Shown one piece after another: positions 57,568-64,000 of a stretch of 64,000 bases of DNA. The position numbers were made by a program, and so were the translations under genes. This DNA is from Antedon mediterranea (Eukaryota; Animalia; Echinodermata). Every line of letters starts with the position of its first letter. Within the stretch, counting starts at the first letter, position 1. The notes beneath the pieces were generated by a model, which saw only the letters and a program-made list of their open reading frames with translations, made no database searches and was not told where the DNA came from. The stretch is taken from NCBI RefSeq assembly GCF_964355755.1, contig NC_092672.1:6076001-6140000 (forward strand). The letters run 5' to 3'.

Positions 57568-60500
57568 TTAATAAGTCTGTTCGTCATCACAAGCATCAGT
57601 CCAATGGCCAAATTCTACAATAAAAAAAATAGATTAAATCGTACTGATATTCATGATTTTATTCAATACGCATTAAGCGGAAGAATTATGCAAGTTCTCA
57701 CCTTCGCATATATCACAATAAGCTCTCTCTTCAGTTCTGCTACCGTGGTAATTTGAAGGAGGCGGACTGTCAGAACTCGCCTGAAGAGGACAGTCTTCCG
57801 TATCGTGAAGGTCAAACACATCACAGATGTCACAGAATAACCTAGGAGGTGGCCCAGTTGGAAGCTCAAAACTGTAAAAGCAATTTTAATATAAAAATTG
57901 TAATTAATGCTCACAAGTTAGTGGCGGTTTCATCGCTGTTGGTTGTCAACTGAATAAAAAAAAAAAAGTAAAGAGATACAAACAAAAACAATAGACGCAG
58001 AGATTGCTAAAAACCCTCTTCTGTCTTCATGGGTAGCTGGTCCTATCACCCAATTTTAACTCTTTATGAATTGCTGCATACAATGTACTTTAAAATAACC
58101 AAAACAAAGTTGATAATCTTTCTAAAACAATTATTGTACTAGTATTTTCAACAAATGCTACTCACTCTATCGACAAATCATGGTTGCCGTTGATGGCGCC
58201 ATTTTCCATAACATCCAACTGCATTTTCAATTCATCGTTTTTCCTTTGCAGGTCAACGATAACCGAGTTTAGAAACTGTACCTGACCTTCAGCCGTTTCC
58301 TTCCCTTCTTTTAATGAGGCATAAATTTCATTATCTGTAAATAAAAACCAAACAAAACATTTTATATGTACGACGCCTTCCCTCATCAGCAGTCAGTCAT
58401 TTAGTAATTAGGCGGTAAATACATTTGTTATATAGTTTATGTTACTCTTTATACCAGGGGCTGTTGGTTGCAAGCTTCATTCGGAACACTTTGCGGACAA
58501 ATTATTTTGTTGTTTAACTTTTACCAACCGATAAACAAAAAATGACCTAATATTTTTGTATATAAATATCTAAATTCTATGTTCAATTGTAATCTTGTTT
58601 CTATTTCAATTTTAATGTCCCAATTCATAGACTTCGTTCAAAATCAATGTTACATGTTCAATTTTCCTGCGTTAATATCTGTAAGAATGGTATTTTTTGT
58701 AGAATTTATAACAAATGTGTTTGTCAAAATCCTGAATTAGATATCATTTATTGTGCCTTTTCTAAGTTGCAGTATATAGTCCATGAATTAGTTAATAACA
58801 CTGCTGCCAATCTATAGATTAGATTAACTTTTAGGCTTTTCTTTTTGTTATTTTTATTATGTGTATTCTTATTTATATCTATATTTTCATCCTGTAATTG
58901 ATGTATACACTGTCGGATGTGAAGGAATAAAGAGTAACATATATATTTCAGATATATATTTTAATGCAGTAGATTAACCTTGTTGATATAAAGTTTGAGG
59001 TACACCTGATATATTAGTTCTGAAAAGAACTGTTGAGTTTCTCAACGTTTCGATCAATTTGCTTTGATCGTCCTCAGGAGTGAGAATATACGTGTTGTAC
59101 CGCAACCTTTATATCAACATTTGATTTTGCCATGCAACAACTTGCAACAATAGATTAACCTTCCTTCCTCCACCAGAAATATATTTATAAAACAAATGAA
59201 TTTAGTTTGTACTCTTACCATCTGGGATGTATTTGTTATTACTTTCTTGGTGTTTCAACTCTGTTAGTTGTTGTTTTAAGTCAGCATTTGTGTCCTCTAC
59301 TTGGTCTAACCGGTCTTTGTAATTTTTCATTACAATACACTCTGCTTTTAAAGTAGTTATCTGAAAGTTAAAAACAGGTTGATAACTAAAAATTAACACA
59401 TTCATTTATTCAATATTTTAAAATTATTATATGTCATCATTAGTTGATGTCCAGAGTGATAATTTGTAGCTAAAGCTCTGTCTACACTATCCAAAAAAGT
59501 AGGATGTGCCAAAATATAGTAGCGAAAAGGCCAAATATGGTAGTAATCATCATCATCGTGTCCATATATGGGCACATTACATTTTGTTGTCACATAAACT
59601 TTGAGCTTAAAAGCTTTCCTTACCTCTGATCTACATTTCTCCATGTCTTTTTCTTTTCCTTCAACTAGTAAATTTGTAATTTCTAAATTTCTTTCCAAAG
59701 ATTTGATTTCAGATTTAAGACCCTCTGTTGATTTTGACTCGCTGTAAAATAAAACCAAGACAATATTACAAAACCTCCAACAGTGTTCAGCATGGTCAGT
59801 ATCAATGTTTTGTACAGTTTAAAAATCAGTGAAAAAGATCATAAATTGAAACACAAATTGTGTGTATTTCCAAATTCAAAATGTACATTACAGTACAGTA
59901 TTTGTTCATATAGCATGTTGTATTTATTTGTAAAACTTTTTTGCGACAGTAATGTTGATGACAATCAAATTTAAATTGTTTCCCTGGCTAGATCAATCAA
60001 CATTTTCATGAGGACTGGAGTGTATAAACTGTATAGCCGATTGATAAAGAATTAAGTTATAAAAATTGACTAACAAATGTATTTCATAACTTGTAAATAT
60101 TCCAATTGAATCTATTACACAATACCTCTTTCCATCATGTATGTAAAAGATTATTCATTATTATTATTTATTATTATTATTCATTATTTTATTTAATAAT
60201 ACAATGACAATTATTATTATTACAGTGTTAAACTATGCTGGTAGGGATTTAGGTTAAGAATGTATGACATTTCATTTGTATTACTTGTATAACTAAAATC
60301 TTGTCTAAATTATAGCAATATAGATGACCTAACAATTTGAAATGTATTATTTGTTGTTACAGTCTTGTTAAAGGTTATTGTACTGGATAAACAGTGTGTG
60401 CTGTAATTGGTTATAATATTTGCATATTAGAGACAGTGGCCATATTTACCATTCACACTTAGGCTAAGGGAAGCATCTCCTACGTAAGTGGATACAATTT

Positions 60501-63346
60501 AAGGGAAATACTTAAATATTTATTGAGTGAAAAAACTTAATATTTAAGGGAAATATTTCACTTAAGTGTGATTGTTATATTATATGGCACAGGTTCCTTT
60601 GTTCAAATCATGATTTATTATTATTATGAAAATAAAAGGTTAAAGGTTGAAGGTTAAAGGTTGAAGGTTAAAAAGGTTGAAGGTTACATATAAAAAAACA
60701 TGCATTTTTAAAATTATTTCTCTTACTTTGATTTTGTATTTTCAAGTTCTTTGGTAACTTTATCCAAATCAACTATTAGCTGAAAAATAAATTGTTTAAC
60801 AAAAATATAAAAAATGAAATCAAGCTGGCACATATTATTTATTGCATCAAATTATAATAATAACCTCCAGCCTGGAGAGGAGATAGGCACCACTTGGAGA
60901 TATGGCATATGCCTGTTTATCATATCATGATGAGTACTACTACTGCTACACCCATACGATACTCTAGGTCATGGGACAACTACAAATAGAATAATACTTG
61001 GGTGATATATACCTTTTCTTTTTCTTCTTTCATTTGCTTATTGAGTCCATCCAGCTCATTTGTCAGGTGATCACGTTCCGTTTCTAATTCTTGAACTTTA
61101 ACCTTTGACTGCCCATCAACTTGTTGAAGCGTTGCCCTGATTAACAATTATTAAAATTGTTTAATACTATTACTATCATACAATACTATCTCTCCACACA
61201 ATAATATCTCCACACAATAATATCTCCATGCATTATACAAAACAGTGCATGTTAACCTGGACAAACATGTCTGGATTCATGGAGGTCAGAATAAATAGTA
61301 TGAATTTGAGACATTTTTATGCATCAGAAAACATGTAGTTTTGGAAGAATTTTTTTCAATCAGGGTAATTTGTACACGTAACTTACAATTTTTCTTTCAG
61401 TTCTGCAACAACTTTCTCACTTTCCTGCGATGTCTTTGTCACTGTTTTCACTTGTTCTTCATAATCTTCTAGTTTCTTTTGCAGTTGTATTTCCCGCTGT
61501 TCCTTCGCCTGTCTGTCAGTGTTACTCTCATTCATTTGTTTCTCAATGTTTTCTTTCTCTTGAGTGATGAGACTTTGGTTTTGTGTAGCTGCTTCTAATG
61601 AAGCCTTCAATGTTTCTGCCTCACTTTTTGCCTAAAAGAAAACAAAATTGCCATAATTATCTAAAAATCATTGTTATAAGTTTTTAGGCTACTTCAATAT
61701 TAAAAGTTCAGCGAATCAAACGTCAATGTTTCATTTTCATGATGCTCCACGCAGCTATACGCATATCCACGTGAAAACAAAAAAATTGATGTTCGATTTT
61801 ATTTGCAGTCGCCGGACCGGAACTGTGCCGGAACAGGTGTGAAAGACCCTTAATATACAATAATTACAATAATATATATGTTTTCATGCACATTATTATT
61901 AAATTAATCATGTGTCCAGATGACATCATTACCACAAACCCTAGCACCTTGTTCATTAGGACACATTAAGCTCTGTCTACACTATCAAATTAGTTTGACA
62001 AAAAAAGTGTAAGGTGCCCAAATATGGTAGTGATATGACATCATCATGTCCATATATGGGCACATTTTCATATACAATTTGATAGTGTAGACAGAGCTTA
62101 AGATGACACAGGCCACTATTGGTCATATCTGTCTAAAGTCTGATTTTCCCACTCCTCTCAAAAACAAGCAATGTGGAACCACGACAATTCTTTACAAACC
62201 CCACCTTGTCAAGGTCAACTTGAACAGTTTTTAACCTGGATATTTCAGATTCATTTGATTCTTTAAGCTTTTGTAGTGATGTAACTTCACCTTCCTTTGT
62301 AGATAATGATGTTTGTAATTTAGTGCTATAAAATAGAATATAAAAACATAATTTTACTAATAATACCAAACACATCTATAAAGTAGAACATTAATAGTGA
62401 TTACTAAGCTATGTCTACACTATCAAACTAGTTTGACAATAAAGTGTGATGTGCCCAAAATGGTATTGATATGCTTAAATATGGTAGTGATATGGCATCA
62501 TCATGTCCATATGGGCACATCACATTTTTTCGTCACATAAATTTGATAGTGTAGACAGAGATTAACATTAAGAAATCAATCAGTGTACTTAGGACTTGAA
62601 AATCTGATCACTTCAATAAAATACTTTTTATGACTTACATTTGTTCTTGTAACTTCTTTGAGTTTTCATTTTCTTGATTTTCATGTTTCTGTTTTTCTTC
62701 CAATTGATTTTCGTATTCCTTAGCTTCTTTGGCTAATTCTTCATTTTCATTTTTCAATGTTGATGTTGTCGTCGCTGCCTCTTCTAACTTAGCTTTTATT
62801 TCACCACTATAAAGTAAACCAAAAAGATTAAAAGAATGTGTTTACACTGATATACTATGAATGAAAATAAAAATGGATCAAAGACCATGTAACACAGTGT
62901 CTGTATACCATGTACCTCCCAACTTAAGGGTCTTTCAAACCTGTTTCGGCATGGCTCTGGCAAATCAGAAGGCAAGTTTTTGTTTCACATGTCTACGCGC
63001 ATATCTATTGGCGCATGAAAACAAAACATTCACATGCAATTTAATTTGCCAGTGCTGGACCGGAACCATGCAGGAACAAGTGCTATGTACTGTTTCATTA
63101 AATTGGTAAACATTCAAAGCTTCACAACAATAGTTCGTCTGTTTAAATTTTATTTTTAGGATCTGTAAAAATACTTACACTTCTTTATTCATTTGAGAAA
63201 GAGCATCTTCTTTGCCTTTAACTTCTTCTTGTTTTTCCTCTATTTGGTTCTTCATTTGTTTTACTTCTTCTCGTAATCCGTTCTCATCTTCCTTCAGGTT
63301 ATCTATCTGTCGTTTGCTTTCCTCTAGTTGGTAATTGGCTTCATCT
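57568..63346 (-). CDS. CLIP1: CAP-Gly domain-containing linker protein (CLIP-170/restin), 3' part; 5' exons lie beyond the window
   Basis: Eleven in-phase exons: 63346-63179, 62806-62639, 62325-62205, 61631-61387, 61136-61013, 60779-60727, 59741-59624, 59360-59219, 58334-58166, 57871-57702 and 57614-57568. Coiled coil, then [16 protein letters not shown] and two zinc knuckles [21 protein letters not shown] / [21 protein letters not shown]. Confidence 0.93.
58982..59150 (-). mobile_element. Penelope-like retroelement fragment with inverted end and 12 bp TSD
   Basis: TSD tagattaacctt at 58970-58981 and 59151-59162; 24 bp inverted arms at 58981-59004 and 59096-59119; hammerhead core inside. Confidence 0.7.
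59027..59085 (-). ncRNA. type I hammerhead ribozyme motif (minimal, Penelope-associated type)
   Basis: Minus strand: ..CUC CUGAGGA CGAUCAA-AGCAAA-UUGAUCG AAAC GUUGAG-AAA-CUCAAC AGUUC, i.e. CUGANGA, stem II, then GAAA. Confidence 0.65.
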
Positions 63347-63718
63347 CTGCAAATAAAACAAATGTAATCAAATCAATACATCATATTTGTATTCCTTTAG
63401 ATGCAACAAATCAAGACTATCTAAAGATGTAGAAGGACTTGTATTTTAATCTTCCGTTGTATTTGCCTTATAGGCAGTCATGTATTCATTTCTGAATGTA
63501 GGGTAAAGAGCTGTTGAGCTAATTGCAGTAAGCCTCTGCATAATATAGTAGGATGGCCAGTTCCATTCCACGCCGCTTTATCCTCCCTAGTATTTTTAAC
63601 CTGCTACTCATTTACAGCCGAGTAGACAGGGAGTGGTCGGGAATTGAACCCAGGTCTCTCTGTAACCACTCGGCCTACATTCTGTCAACACTATCAAACT
63701 AGTTTGACAAAAATTGTG

Positions 63719-63937
63719 TAGTGATATACCTAAATATGGTAGTGATATACCTAAATATGGTAGTGATATACCTAAATATGGTAGTGATATACCTAAATAT
63801 GGTAGTGATATACCTAAATATGGTAGTGATATACCTAAATATGGTAGTGATATACCTAAATATGGTAGTGATATACCTAAATATGGTAGTGATATACCTA
63901 AATATGGTAGTGATATACCTAAATATGGTAGTGATAT
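63719..63937. repeat. 21 bp tandem repeat (tagtgatatacctaaatatgg)n inside a MITE
   Basis: About ten identical units; explains ORFs 63608-63964 and 63721-63939. Confidence 0.95.
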
Positions 63938-64000
63938 GACATCACCATTTCCATATAGAGGCACATCACATTTTTGTTGTCACATACAGTTTGATAATGC

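Noticed and set aside
63608-63964. Repetitive ORFs (ISLPYLG)n and (VVIYLNM)n
   Set aside because: 21 bp tandem repeat inside an intronic MITE.

Overview
AT-rich, intron-containing metazoan DNA, probably from an invertebrate deuterostome. That is inferred from a Deu-domain SINE and the gene sequences; the species cannot be fixed from sequence alone. Four conserved spliced genes were reconstructed by hand with GT-AG junctions and consistent phases: the Hv1/HVCN1 proton channel (-, 20435-23128), PRKRIP1 (+, 35197-40262), the PP1 catalytic subunit (-, 45930-53570) and the 3' part of CLIP1/CLIP-170 (-, 57568-63346, continuing past the window). A single-exon ORF (-, 11811-12794) looks like an EEP-fold domain with permuted motif order and amide-substituted catalytic residues, followed by a possible death-fold region. 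The rest is dense with repeats: an Academ-like element, Helitrons (two head-to-tail), Harbinger/Tc1-pogo/Kolobok/hAT/P-like MITEs, SINEs, a LINE fragment, minisatellites and a ~4 kb tandem duplication. The most notable observations are (1) the permuted pseudo-EEP gene, (2) five 24-33 bp CAGGGA...TCCCTG hairpins between 7-8 bp direct repeats that match P-element-type excision scars, (3) a 169 bp TSD-flanked fold-back insertion carrying a hammerhead ribozyme core in a CLIP1 intron, and (4) a dimeric 1.16 kb insertion with a 13 bp TSD whose empty site is visible in the duplicated copy. All calls are by eye; no database searches were run.
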